Positions 27,020 to 37,303 of a DNA stretch of 64,000 nt are shown in pieces. The position numbers were made by a program, and so were the translations under genes. Under the pieces are notes generated by a model, which made no database searches, was not told where the DNA came from, and was given only the letters and a program-made list of their open reading frames with translations. Each line of letters begins with the position of its first letter. Positions within the stretch are counted from its first letter, which is position 1. Source of the stretch: a virus; the IMG/VR virus record IMGVR_UViG_3300043446_003702, positions 1-64,000 of that record, one strand, 5' to 3'.

Positions 27020-27062
27020 ATACACCGGCCCTGCACCGCAGGGCTTTTTTTTAGGACAACAA

Positions 27063-27263
27063 ATGACAGAAACACACAAAAGAACCATAGTAAGAGCCAT
27101 TGTTTGGCGTGTGATTGCCACCTTGGTCACTGCTATTTGGGCTGGATGGAGTGGTGCTATCATGGCCAATATTGTACTGACAGTGTTGCACTACGTTCAT
27201 GAGCGGGTGTGGTTAAAGGTCCACTGGGGCAAAGTCAGTAGTACTACTGACTCAGAATCATGA
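27063..27263 (+). CDS. DUF2061-like small membrane protein
   Basis: ETHKRTIVRAIVWRVIAT..HYVHERVW. Confidence 0.7.
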   Translation: MTETHKRTIVRAIVWRVIATLVTAIWAGWSGAIMANIVLTVLHYVHERVWLKVHWGKVSSTTDSES

Positions 27264-27342
27264 TATTCAGTATGTGATCTTGGTGGTTTGTGTAGTACAA
27301 TGATCATACATACAATTGTATGTTTAATCAAAGGAGACTACT

Positions 27343-27417
27343 ATGAAATGGACTACACCATCAGCAAGCGACATGCGTTTCGGTTTTGAAATCACCATGT
27401 ACATTGCAAATCGTTAA
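27343..27417 (+). CDS. pqqA: pyrroloquinoline quinone precursor peptide PqqA (MKWTTPSASDMRFGFEITMYIANR)
   Basis: W..P..D.RFGFE-x-x-x-Y signature, AAGGAG SD, own terminator; absent from the ORF track. Confidence 0.93.
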   Translation: MKWTTPSASDMRFGFEITMYIANR

Positions 27418-27419
27418 AC

Positions 27420-27443
27420 AAAAAGGGCCTTGCAGCCCTTTTT
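27420..27443 (+). terminator. terminator after pqqA
   Basis: AAAAAGGGC-CTTGCA-GCCCTTTTT. Confidence 0.85.
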
Positions 27444-27499
27444 CATTGACACACAAAGGAATCTTTGTTATACTGTGATCCAAGGACGTAAATAACAGT

Positions 27500-27990
27500 A
27501 TGACTGACACAACTGAACCCAAAAAATTTACCGATGCATTGAAAGATGCATTAGCCCGAAAACATGCCGCTGCTCATCCTGATGCCAAGACCAAAAAAGG
27601 CAAAGACGGCAAAGCCAAACGATCTGGCACTCCCGTGATTGCGGGTAGACCAGTGCAACGAGCAGTGGGACGCGGTGGATGAGCAACGAACAGGCCCGAT
27701 TCATCAACAGTAGACGCAGACACAAAAATGATGTGGCTGTGGCCCGACAACTCAAAATTGCCAAAAATGCGCATTGGCCTGGTGCTGTACCCAGTCCTGT
27801 GATCCGGCAGCCGCACAGACTTAACAAACATCATGCCATGGACTGTGGCAATCCCCGATGTTTCCTGTGTGGTAACCCAAGAAAAACACACAAAGAACGA
27901 CTCACACAGCAAGAACGTAGACTATTTCAAGATTTAGAACAGCAACGAGACAGACACTCAAACGGACTATCAACCAAGGACCAAGAATGA
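27500..27990 (+). CDS. two small basic hypothetical proteins (27500-27682; 27679-27990 with CGNPRCFLCGNPR)
   Basis: ATGA-coupled ORFs behind the promoter at 27446. Confidence 0.6.
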
Positions 27991-28253
27991 AACACCCAGC
28001 AGACAGAACAGCCGGCCTCAACTCAGAACTAGCAGTGGAGATGATCGGTAACCGATACAACTTGATTTTAGCCGGAGCTCGCCGCATGCGCGAACTCAGC
28101 CGAGGTGACTTACCTAGAATTACTTTGAAATTTCCACACAGCGCAGGGGTAACTGCACTGTTAGAAATTGAAGCTGGCAAAATTGGTCAAGACTACATCT
28201 ATCGTGAAACTGAAGTACAACCACGTAGACGCAACAAACAAGAAAGATTTTAA
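27987..28253 (+). CDS. rpoZ: RNA polymerase omega subunit homolog
   Basis: [30 protein letters not shown] matches the omega motifs. Confidence 0.8.
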   Translation: MKHPADRTAGLNSELAVEMIGNRYNLILAGARRMRELSRGDLPRITLKFPHSAGVTALLEIEAGKIGQDYIYRETEVQPRRRNKQERF

Positions 28254-29539
28254 TGGATTACAAAGTAAAAGACATTGGCCTGGCAGCCTGGGGTCACAAA
28301 GAAATTGCCATAGCCAAAAATGAAATGCCAGGCTTGGTGGCTGTGTGTAAAGAACTTGCAGGCCAAAAACCCTTGGCCGGGGCAAGAATTGCTGGCAGTT
28401 TGCACATGACCATTCAGACAGCAGTGTTGGTGGAATCACTGATCGAACTTGGCGCCACAGTGCGTTGGAGCAGTTGTAATATCTTCAGCACTCAAGATCA
28501 TGCTGCCGCTGCCTTGGCCGAGCAAGGCATTCCGGTGTTTGCCTGGAAAGGCGAAACCGAAGAGGAATACTGGTGGTGCATTGAACAAACCTTGCAGGGT
28601 CCTGATGGCTGGCGTCCCAATATGTTGCTAGATGATGGTCATGACCTTACTGGTTATGTACATGATCGTCGACCAGAATTGCTGCCTGATATCTTGGGCG
28701 TGACTGAAGAAACCACCACAGGTATTCACAAATTGTTAGAACGTATTTCTGCAGGTACACTGAAATTGCCAGCCATCAATGTCAACGACTCAGTGACCAA
28801 GGCCAAGTTTGACAATTTGTATGGCTGTAGAGAAAGCCTGGTAGATGGTATCAAACGTGCCACCGACGTCATGATTGCCGGTAAAATTGCTGTGGTTGCA
28901 GGTTATGGTGATGTGGGCAAAGGATCCGCACAGGCCTTGAGAGCTTTGTCAGCCCAAGTGTGGGTCACGGAAATTGATCCTATTTGTGCATTGCAGGCTG
29001 CCATGGAAGGCTATCGTGTTGTCACCATGGACTATGCCGCAGACAAAGCTGATATTTTTGTCACTGCCACTGGCAACATTGATGTGATCACACGAGCACA
29101 CATGGAAAAGATGAAACACAATGCCATTGTGTGCAACATTGGACACTTTGATAGCGAAATTGACATTGCCGGCCTGGCCGACTGTGAGTGGGACGAAATC
29201 AAACCACAGGTTGATCATGTGACCATGAGCAGTGGTCGTAAAATCATTGTGCTGGCCCGTGGTAGATTGGTAAACTTAGGCTGTGCCACTGGACACCCCA
29301 GCTATGTGATGTCAAACAGTTTTACCAACCAAGTGCTGGCACAAATTGAGTTATGGCAAAATCACAGTGAATACAAACGAGGCCAACTGTACCTATTGCC
29401 CAAACACATTGATGAAAAAGTTGCACGATTACATCTGGGTCAAATTGGTGCAGAATTGACTGAGCTAACCTCTGCACAAGCGGCATACATTAGTGTTAAA
29501 ATTGACGGGCCTTACAAAGCAGATACCTACAGATATTGA
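28253..29539 (+). CDS. ahcY: S-adenosylhomocysteine hydrolase
   Basis: [43 protein letters not shown] motifs. Confidence 0.97.
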   Translation: MDYKVKDIGLAAWGHKEIAIAKNEMPGLVAVCKELAGQKPLAGARIAGSLHMTIQTAVLVESLIELGATVRWSSCNIFSTQDHAAAALAEQGIPVFAWKGETEEEYWWCIEQTLQGPDGWRPNMLLDDGHDLTGYVHDRRPELLPDILGVTEETTTGIHKLLERISAGTLKLPAINVNDSVTKAKFDNLYGCRESLVDGIKRATDVMIAGKIAVVAGYGDVGKGSAQALRALSAQVWVTEIDPICALQAAMEGYRVVTMDYAADKADIFVTATGNIDVITRAHMEKMKHNAIVCNIGHFDSEIDIAGLADCEWDEIKPQVDHVTMSSGRKIIVLARGRLVNLGCATGHPSYVMSNSFTNQVLAQIELWQNHSEYKRGQLYLLPKHIDEKVARLHLGQIGAELTELTSAQAAYISVKIDGPYKADTYRY

Positions 29540-29594
29540 TTGACCAAAATTTACCTTTCTGCTAAAATTACAACTACAAAGAAAGGAGTGACGT

Positions 29595-30200
29595 ATGCCA
29601 GCAGTATTTTTAGTCAGTGACACACACTTTGGCCATGCCGGCGTGTGTCGCTTCACACACCCCGATGATGCCACTGTGAAGTTGCGTCCCTGGGACGATC
29701 CCGCAGAGATGGATGAGGAAATGATCCGTCGTTGGAATGATCGTGTGCGTCCCTCGGACAAGGTATACCATTTGGGTGATGTTGTGATCAACCGCCGAGC
29801 ATTGCCCACATTGGCACGACTGAACGGGGACAAAGTATTGATCCGTGGCAACCATGACATTTTTCGTGATGACGAATACAGACAGTATTTTCGTGAGTTG
29901 CGGGCATATCATGTCATGAACGGAATGATCTTGAGTCACATTCCTGTGCACGAGGCTTCGTTGGGTCGCTTTGGGGTGAACATTCATGGACACTTGCATG
30001 CCAGTCGTGTGAAAAAGCCACGTGGGTATGATATCAAGACTGGTACCATGTTGTACAGCACGGAAATTGACCCAAGATACCATTGTGTGTGCGTAGAGCA
30101 GACAGACTTTGCACCTATCTTGTTGGATGATGTATACAAGCGCATTGAAGCAGAAGGCGGCAGTGTAGGCTTCAAAAATGGCAACGGTCCCACAATGTAA
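29595..30200 (+). CDS. calcineurin-like metallophosphoesterase
   Basis: SDTHFGH, HLGD, RGNHD, HGHLH motifs. Confidence 0.9.
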   Translation: MPAVFLVSDTHFGHAGVCRFTHPDDATVKLRPWDDPAEMDEEMIRRWNDRVRPSDKVYHLGDVVINRRALPTLARLNGDKVLIRGNHDIFRDDEYRQYFRELRAYHVMNGMILSHIPVHEASLGRFGVNIHGHLHASRVKKPRGYDIKTGTMLYSTEIDPRYHCVCVEQTDFAPILLDDVYKRIEAEGGSVGFKNGNGPTM

Positions 30201-30214
30201 TACTCAAGTATTAC
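30197..30214 (+). promoter_or_regulatory. palindromic operator-like motif GTAATACT-CA-AGTATTAC
   Basis: identical copy at 34875; variants at 30631, 8226, 8262, 15861. Confidence 0.6.
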
Positions 30215-30302
30215 TCTTAACCCTGCCCTGTGCAGGGTTTTTCTTGACCAGAAATTTCCAATATGCTATACTACACACATATTGAAATAACAAGGAGCCA
30301 AG

Positions 30303-31157
30303 ATGAAAGCACAAGAACTCGAAACAAAAAGCGCCGGCTATTATGCTTATGCGGCAGCACGTGATGCCAGTATGCGGGCCGTGGCCATGTGGAGCCACTA
30401 CACTGACCGACAGCGTGTTCGTGCCGAGCGCATGAAGCTGGGACTGGAACAAGTGTATGCTGGCAGAATCTTTATTAACCCACGTGGCAAATTCATTGCT
30501 GTCAAAATAGACAGTGCTCAGGTGCGTGATCGCAAAATGCTGGCACTGTTGGAACAAGACTATGTAGCAGAAGGTATTAAAAAAGTAGTAACCGAGCAGG
30601 GCGTTACATATAGAATCCCTAAAGCCCAAAGTAATACTTGAGTAGTACTTGACCAAAAATTCCCAATTTGCTATAATATAGGCATAGTTTGAAACAAAGG
30701 AGCCAGAGATGAGATACACAGATTTAACAGAACAAGAACAACGCCAAGTTCGCATGTACGGCGTCACAGAAGCAGGCATGCGTGAAGCAGTGGAGTCTAG
30801 TGCAACATTTCGTTTTTCAGGACCTGCCATGGTTGTGGCGTCAATGATGAGTGATGCACAAGAAATGATGGCATACGAACAGCCCGACTTCAACACCATC
30901 GAAGATCAGCGTCAACTGTTGAACCGTGCCAAATTTGTTTTGATGAATTATATTATGGACAAGGAGACTGTATAATGGGAATGATGAAAGAACTTTACAC
31001 TGACATTCAAGAAATGATCAGTATGAACTGCACCGAAGAACAGGTCATTGACTTTGTTGTAAACGAGTACGGCTTCAGCCGCAGTGAGGCACAAGAACTC
31101 ATTGCTGAATTTATCTATGAAGAAGAACGTATGATTTTAGCCACAGGCTACAATTGA
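30303..31157 (+). CDS. three small early proteins (30303-30641, 30709-30975, 30975-31157)
   Basis: promoters at 30244 and 30649, AAGGAG SDs. Confidence 0.7.
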
Positions 31158-31222
31158 CAACAAATTCAACTTCAAATACAATAACGACTTAACTTATTTT
31201 AACCCCCGAAAGGAAACAGCCC

Positions 31223-32314
31223 ATGTCAGCAGTGTCAGACGCACGTACAGTCACCAGTTCGCAGGCCCGCAAAGGCATCATGCGAGCATTTGAAAAACAA
31301 CGCCCACTATTTTTGTGGGGTCCTCCCGGCATCGGCAAGTCGGAACTGGTGCAAGAAATTGCCGACGAACTGGGCGGTGTCATGATTGACCTTCGCTTGG
31401 GTCAGATGGAGCCCACAGACATTCGTGGTATCCCGTACTACAACAAGGACTCGGGCAAGATGGATTGGGCTCCGCCTGTGGAGATGCCCGATGAAGAATT
31501 GGCAAGCCAGTATCCTGTGGTGGTGCTGTTCTTGGACGAGATGAACTCGGCTCCAGCGTCAGTGCAGAGTGCCGCATATCAACTTATTTTGAATCGACGC
31601 ATTGGCAAGTACCGACTGCCCGACAATGTGGTGATGATTGCGGCTGGTAATCGTGAGTCGGACAAAGGTGTAACCTTCCGCATGCCAACACCCTTGGCAA
31701 ATCGTTTTGTTCACTTGGAAATGCGAGTGGACTTCCCCAGTTGGCAAGAGTGGGCCGTGAACCACAACATTCACAAAGACGTTGTGGGTTACTTGAGTTA
31801 TGCCAAACAAGACTTGTATGACTTTGATGCCAAGTCCAGTTCACGTGCGTTTGCCACACCGCGTTCTTGGAGTTTTGTCAGTGAGTTGCTGGCAGATGAG
31901 ACCATGGATGATGACACTGCAACCAATTTGCTTGCAGGTACTGTGGGCGAAGGCTTGGCAGTGAAGTTCATGGCTCACCGCAAGGTAGCAGGACGCATGC
32001 CCAAACCCATAGACATCTTGACAGGCAAAGTCACAGACTTGAATGTCAAAGAAGTCAGTGCCATGTACAGCCTGGTAATCTCCATGTGCTACGAACTCAA
32101 AGACGCTGTGGAGAAAAAAGTTGGTGACAAAGAGTTCCATGAAATGAGCAACAACTTTTTGACATACATGATGAAGAACTTTGAAACTGAACTGGTGGTG
32201 TTGGGTGCACGAATTGCCCTGACAACTTACATGTTGCCGATCCAGCCCACCAAGATCAAGTGCTTTGACGAGTTCCACAGTCGCTACGGCAAATACATCT
32301 TGGCCGCTAACTGA
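31223..32314 (+). CDS. MoxR-like AAA+ ATPase
   Basis: GPPGIGKS, LFLDE, AAGN, LANRF motifs. Confidence 0.9.
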   Translation: MSAVSDARTVTSSQARKGIMRAFEKQRPLFLWGPPGIGKSELVQEIADELGGVMIDLRLGQMEPTDIRGIPYYNKDSGKMDWAPPVEMPDEELASQYPVVVLFLDEMNSAPASVQSAAYQLILNRRIGKYRLPDNVVMIAAGNRESDKGVTFRMPTPLANRFVHLEMRVDFPSWQEWAVNHNIHKDVVGYLSYAKQDLYDFDAKSSSRAFATPRSWSFVSELLADETMDDDTATNLLAGTVGEGLAVKFMAHRKVAGRMPKPIDILTGKVTDLNVKEVSAMYSLVISMCYELKDAVEKKVGDKEFHEMSNNFLTYMMKNFETELVVLGARIALTTYMLPIQPTKIKCFDEFHSRYGKYILAAN

Positions 32315-32367
32315 TTGGGGGTGGGTGGTGCAGTCTACATGGGCTGTGGCTGTACCACCCTTTTTCT

Positions 32368-33372
32368 ATGATTCCTATCCTATTTTACCCAGGTACACAC
32401 GGAAATTATATTGAGTTTACACTCAATAAAGCCATCCATGGTGACAAAATTCACAGGGTCAGCCCATTAGGTAGTCTTGGTACCAGTCATGCTCAGCGAG
32501 ATGACGAAAATTATCTAATGCACCGTTCGTTTGGTGCTGTGACAATAGATCAGCAACCGGTCATAAACAAAGACCAACCGGTGATAAAGATAGATTTTGA
32601 TTCAAGCGAAGACATTTTTGTAATACAACTAAATTTAAAAAGATCAGAAGATCTCAATATTGATGTTGATACGTTAGAACACATGACCTATCAAAAATTG
32701 TTTGGAAAATATGGGCCTTACGGAAAAGAATATCACGGTCCAGACAAAATGATAGACGATATAAACAAGTTTACTGACCTATCACCTTATTTGAATATTA
32801 AAGATGAATCTTGGCCTGCAATCAACTCAGTTGATGATTTTTATAATTTGCCAAAACACATCTTAGACGAATGCATAAATGTATTTGGTTTCGAGCCAGT
32901 ACAAATAACCGAGTCTCGACCTGATGCTCCTAGATGGGTATTGCGAAGTTTATTTAAATCTTGGTTTTACAACCAATTGAGTCGTCCGTCAAGTGCTATG
33001 GTAGACCTTGATCAATACAATTATGTTTATAAACTGCCAATTAGAAAGTTGTATGGCGTTGACACTTTTAGGCAAGAAATTGTCAATATAGAAAAATTTT
33101 TCAATATTAAAATGAATCTAGACAACTTTTCGAGTCAAGTGCATCAACAATTTATAGACATGGTTCCATACAAGCAATCAAAATCAAATTGTGAAAGAAT
33201 TATAAATTCAATTGATTCTCTTGAACATTTTCAAATCAAATTGAATGTCTTGGAAGAAGCTTATGTGAATTATTGTCTTGAACAGCGGTATGGTGTACTA
33301 ATGCCAGAAGAAGCAAAACATTATTTTAAGGACACAAGTGAATTATTGGACTACGTAAAAAATGCACTATAA
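32368..33372 (+). CDS. hypothetical protein (AT-rich)
   Basis: 334 aa ORF. Confidence 0.6.
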   Translation: MIPILFYPGTHGNYIEFTLNKAIHGDKIHRVSPLGSLGTSHAQRDDENYLMHRSFGAVTIDQQPVINKDQPVIKIDFDSSEDIFVIQLNLKRSEDLNIDVDTLEHMTYQKLFGKYGPYGKEYHGPDKMIDDINKFTDLSPYLNIKDESWPAINSVDDFYNLPKHILDECINVFGFEPVQITESRPDAPRWVLRSLFKSWFYNQLSRPSSAMVDLDQYNYVYKLPIRKLYGVDTFRQEIVNIEKFFNIKMNLDNFSSQVHQQFIDMVPYKQSKSNCERIINSIDSLEHFQIKLNVLEEAYVNYCLEQRYGVLMPEEAKHYFKDTSELLDYVKNAL

Positions 33373-34177
33373 AATTGTTCGACTAGATAATCGTCACAAC
33401 TACAACAAGATCTACCGATATTCCATTGAGTTCTCCAAGAGCACATACAGCAGTGGTGTGCTGGATTTTGACCGGGCCCGACGTTGGTTCAACCGCACAT
33501 ATGGTTGGAGTCAAGATGTTAAAACACAGAATGACATCGCTGGCCAACTCAATATCCAAGAATACAAAAACCACCAACAGGAAGACTTGAACCTGGCCTG
33601 GGCCTACTGCACCGAATACCGAAACTATCGTATCTACGTGGCTTCAGACCGGGAGCTCATGATGTTTGAACTAGTTCATGCAGGCACCCAATGACACGCT
33701 GGCGACACGAATATCATATCCAGGTCGATGGCACAGATCGGGTGCGTTGGTGCAGGAAGCATTTGGGTGAACGTGGTCAACGTTGGGAGTTTTGGGGTAG
33801 TAAAAAGGCAATGGTGATATACATCATGAGCGATGAGGATGCTGTGTTGTACGACCGGCACTGGAGATTTTGGAATGTCTTACAGGGTAACAGTCAAGAA
33901 GAATCTCATTATTTTTCACAGTCCCGATGAGTGGGAGCAGGTGCTGGATCGCATTGCCCAAGACTTTGGCGAGCGATACAGAATGCGGCACATCATGAAA
34001 CGTGAACTGGGCTTTACTGCCAGAGACCACATGGGACTTGAACCCAATAGCCGACTGGGTCCAACCGAAATCATCACCACTCGAGAGTATGACCGAGGCT
34101 ACCACTACCAAGCACAGGTGCACCTGGACTTTTACAGTGAGCCTGCACAGTCATGGTTCATACTTAAATATTTATAG
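33362..34177 (+). CDS. three small hypothetical proteins (33362-33694, 33691-33930, 33875-34177)
   Basis: coupled ORFs. Confidence 0.55.
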
Positions 34178-34185
34178 GACGAAAA

Positions 34186-34878
34186 ATGAAAAATATTAAT
34201 GAATACAACAAAGAAGTTTTTTTACAAAGTTTTAGTAAAACAGATACCTATGCAAGACTTATCAAAGATTTTGATATTGTAACATTTGGCCGGGTCGCCG
34301 ATTTTTTACTAGATCGCCAAGTCACCCCAAGACAACACCTGGCCAGGTGTTCGTCTCTACCAAGTCAATTTTCGGCTGCACCGTTCTACTACATTAATTA
34401 TTTATTGGAAAAAAATCCAGAGCATATCTATGATTTAGGATGTGGGTGGAATATCTTTAAAAGATACATTCCTAATATCATAGGCATTGGTGCCGAGACT
34501 CCAAACAGTGCGTATTTTTTTGCAGATATACACGATTTTGTTGATGATGATTTTGTTGCAGGGCATCAAGAATATTTTGATTCCGTGTTTGCAATAAACA
34601 GTTTACATTTTCATCCATTGTCAAGTTTTTCAAAAATTGTTGGTGATTTTTTCTCTATGTTGAAGCCGCAAGGTCGGGGATTTTTGACTTTAAACTTGCA
34701 AAGAATGAAAGAGTGCGATCTTAAATTTATGACGTCTACACATGACACTGTAGAACAATTTTGCCGAGATGAGTTAGCAAAACTCACGCATATAAATTTT
34801 TTAGTGGTTGATATTTTCACTGACCCAATTGACGAACATCTGGATGGCAATGTAAGATTAGTCATAGAAAAAAAGTAA
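34186..34878 (+). CDS. class I SAM-dependent methyltransferase
   Basis: YDLGCG, FDSVFAINSLHF, LKPQG motifs. Confidence 0.7.
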   Translation: MKNINEYNKEVFLQSFSKTDTYARLIKDFDIVTFGRVADFLLDRQVTPRQHLARCSSLPSQFSAAPFYYINYLLEKNPEHIYDLGCGWNIFKRYIPNIIGIGAETPNSAYFFADIHDFVDDDFVAGHQEYFDSVFAINSLHFHPLSSFSKIVGDFFSMLKPQGRGFLTLNLQRMKECDLKFMTSTHDTVEQFCRDELAKLTHINFLVVDIFTDPIDEHLDGNVRLVIEKK

Positions 34879-34945
34879 TACTCAAGTATTACATTGACCA
34901 ATAATTCAAAAAGTCGTATAATACATGAAACAAACAAGGAATCGC

Positions 34946-36241
34946 ATGCAATATTTTAACCCTGACATCTTACATGCCACAGCCGGCACCACTGCCACAA
35001 AAGAGGACGCCAAGAAGTTTGCCAACTTGATCGGTGCCACAGATCCCAAACTGGATCGCGTGGTGCGTGAAAAATTGGTCACTGCTCGTGTGGGCCTGTT
35101 GCTTCGTGCTAGTTTCTTTGGCAACCTGGCCACCCGACTGCGACTGATCAATGCTGATGAGTGGTGTCCCACTGCGGCAACAGATGGACGTAATTTTTAC
35201 TACAACACTCGCTTCATTGAGATGTTGCGTCCCAAAGAAATTGAGTTCTTGTTTGGACACGAGGTCCTGCATTGTGTGTATGATCACTTTGGACGTCGCG
35301 GAGACCGTGATCCACAGTTGTGGAACATTGCCAATGACTTCTGTGTCAACGGTGACCTCGTCAAACACAATGTGGGTGAAAAGATCACTTCAGTGCCGTG
35401 TTTGTATGATCGCAAGTATGACGGCATGAGTTCAGAAGAAGTCTACGATGCCCTGTATGAAAAGGCTGACAAGATTGACATGGGCAAACTGCTAGATCAA
35501 ATGATCGACGAGCACTTGGACGGCGACGGCGACGGCGATGAAGACAGTGAAGGCTCGGGTCGCCCCCGACTCAGTGCCGAAGAACGTCAAGCCATCAAGG
35601 ACGAGATCAAAGAAGCCATGTTGGCGGCTGCCGCTACTGTGGACGGTGCTGGCAACTTGCCCGCAGGCGTCAAACGCCTGATCCAACAACTCACCGAACC
35701 CCAGATGAACTGGCGTGAACTGTTGCGCATGAACTTGGAGAGCACCATCAAAGCCGACTACACTTGGATGCGAGCCAGCCGCAAAGGTTGGCACATGGAT
35801 GCAGTGATGCCAGGTGCCAAGCCCGATGAAATGATTGACATTGCAGTGGCTCTGGATGCATCAGGGTCGATCTCAGAGACTATGTTGCGTGACTTCCTGA
35901 GTGAGATTCAAGGCATCATGGACTCGTTCCCTGCGTTCAAGATCCATGTTGTGACCTTTGACACTGACTGCTACAACCCTGCACAATACGACTCAGACAA
36001 TCTTGACAGCATGATTGACTATGATGTCAAAGGTGGTGGTGGCACAGACTTTGATTGTATCTTCAAGTATTTGAAAGACGAAGAAATTGTACCACGCCGA
36101 CTCATAGTGTTCACAGACGGCTACCCGTTTGGGTCATGGGGTGACGCTGAATACTGCGACACTACATGGATCTTGCATGGTACAACAACCATTGTTCCAC
36201 CCTGGGGCACACATGCCTACTATGACGAAAACAAGAAATGA
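34946..36241 (+). CDS. metallopeptidase-like (HExxH) plus vWA domain protein (DUF2201 type)
   Basis: TAATDG, HEVLH, DASGS, GGGTDF, FTDG motifs. Confidence 0.85.
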   Translation: MQYFNPDILHATAGTTATKEDAKKFANLIGATDPKLDRVVREKLVTARVGLLLRASFFGNLATRLRLINADEWCPTAATDGRNFYYNTRFIEMLRPKEIEFLFGHEVLHCVYDHFGRRGDRDPQLWNIANDFCVNGDLVKHNVGEKITSVPCLYDRKYDGMSSEEVYDALYEKADKIDMGKLLDQMIDEHLDGDGDGDEDSEGSGRPRLSAEERQAIKDEIKEAMLAAAATVDGAGNLPAGVKRLIQQLTEPQMNWRELLRMNLESTIKADYTWMRASRKGWHMDAVMPGAKPDEMIDIAVALDASGSISETMLRDFLSEIQGIMDSFPAFKIHVVTFDTDCYNPAQYDSDNLDSMIDYDVKGGGGTDFDCIFKYLKDEEIVPRRLIVFTDGYPFGSWGDAEYCDTTWILHGTTTIVPPWGTHAYYDENKK

Positions 36242-36286
36242 AACCCAACACTGCCGAGTGGCGAGCATGGATGCTGGAGATCTACT

Positions 36287-37237
36287 ATGAATGAACACAC
36301 TAAAAAACTATTTGATCAAGCATTGGATCAAGCAGTGCCTGAAACATGGACCCAGTTGAGCCATGAACAAATGATCAAACTCTCCACAGTGTTCGCCGAG
36401 TTGATTGTGCGGGAATGTGCCTTGGTCATTAATAAAAAGACTGGACCAAAGTCTGCATTAGATGTATTAGAACATTTTGGAGTTGAAGAATGAACGAACG
36501 AATTAAAGAACTTGCTAAACAAACAGGATACATTTGGCATGCCAGCGGTGATCCGCAAATCTATGAATTTACTCCAGAGAAATTGAAAAAGTTCGCCGAG
36601 TTGATTGTTGCTGACTGTCTGAAACAAATCAAGGCGGGCTTGGTTGACGAAAGTGAACTGTTGTATGAACATGAAGAAACTACTGAATGTGTCAATGAAG
36701 CGTTGATGGATGCACACCACAACATCGCACTACATTTTGGATTTGCAGAACGGTTCGGAGTTGAAGAATGAAAGAAACTGGTCGCTACTATCGCTCCTCA
36801 TTTGATCAAATGCGAGAGCGTGGTTGGACTGTTATTCCTTGGGAATCAGGGCAACCCGATCAGGCACAAGTTTTAGATTGGTTGCGTAAAAATGGCTCAG
36901 GTGAGTTTTACTATTCGGCAGAAGCAAACAAACTTAACTTTAGTATTGTAATCAAAGATGCCACCGATGCTATGACATTCAGACAACATTTCGGAGTTGA
37001 AGAATGAACGAACGTATTGAGACACTGGCAAAGGCTGTTGGCTATGACATGATAAACAAGGCGGCGATGAGAGCCCTTGGATTTGATGTAGAAAAGTTCG
37101 CCGAGTTGATTGTAGGGGAATGTATGGCGTGTTCCTCCTGGGTTGGTCGGGCCAATACCACGGCCATAGAACCCATGCATACTGCTCACGCTATCAATCA
37201 GCGTATCACAGAACATTTTGAACTGACAAAAACTTGA
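36287..37237 (+). repeat. four tandem small ORFs joined by repeated GGAGTTGAAGAATGAA junctions
   Basis: junction repeats at 36471, 36754, 36985; GTTCGCCGAGTTGATTGT at 36391, 36591, 37096. Confidence 0.8.
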
Positions 37238-37303
37238 CAAGTCACTGTGATCTGCATATAATACACAATGCTGGCCTTGTCCAGTGACTACCAAGGAGAC
37301 TGT

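Noticed and set aside
26937-27062. N-terminal extension of ORF 26937-27263
   Set aside because: It overlaps the rubredoxin in another frame; the true start is 27063.
36287-37237. CRISPR array
   Set aside because: The repeats are in-frame coding junctions 200-500 nt apart, and there are no cas genes.
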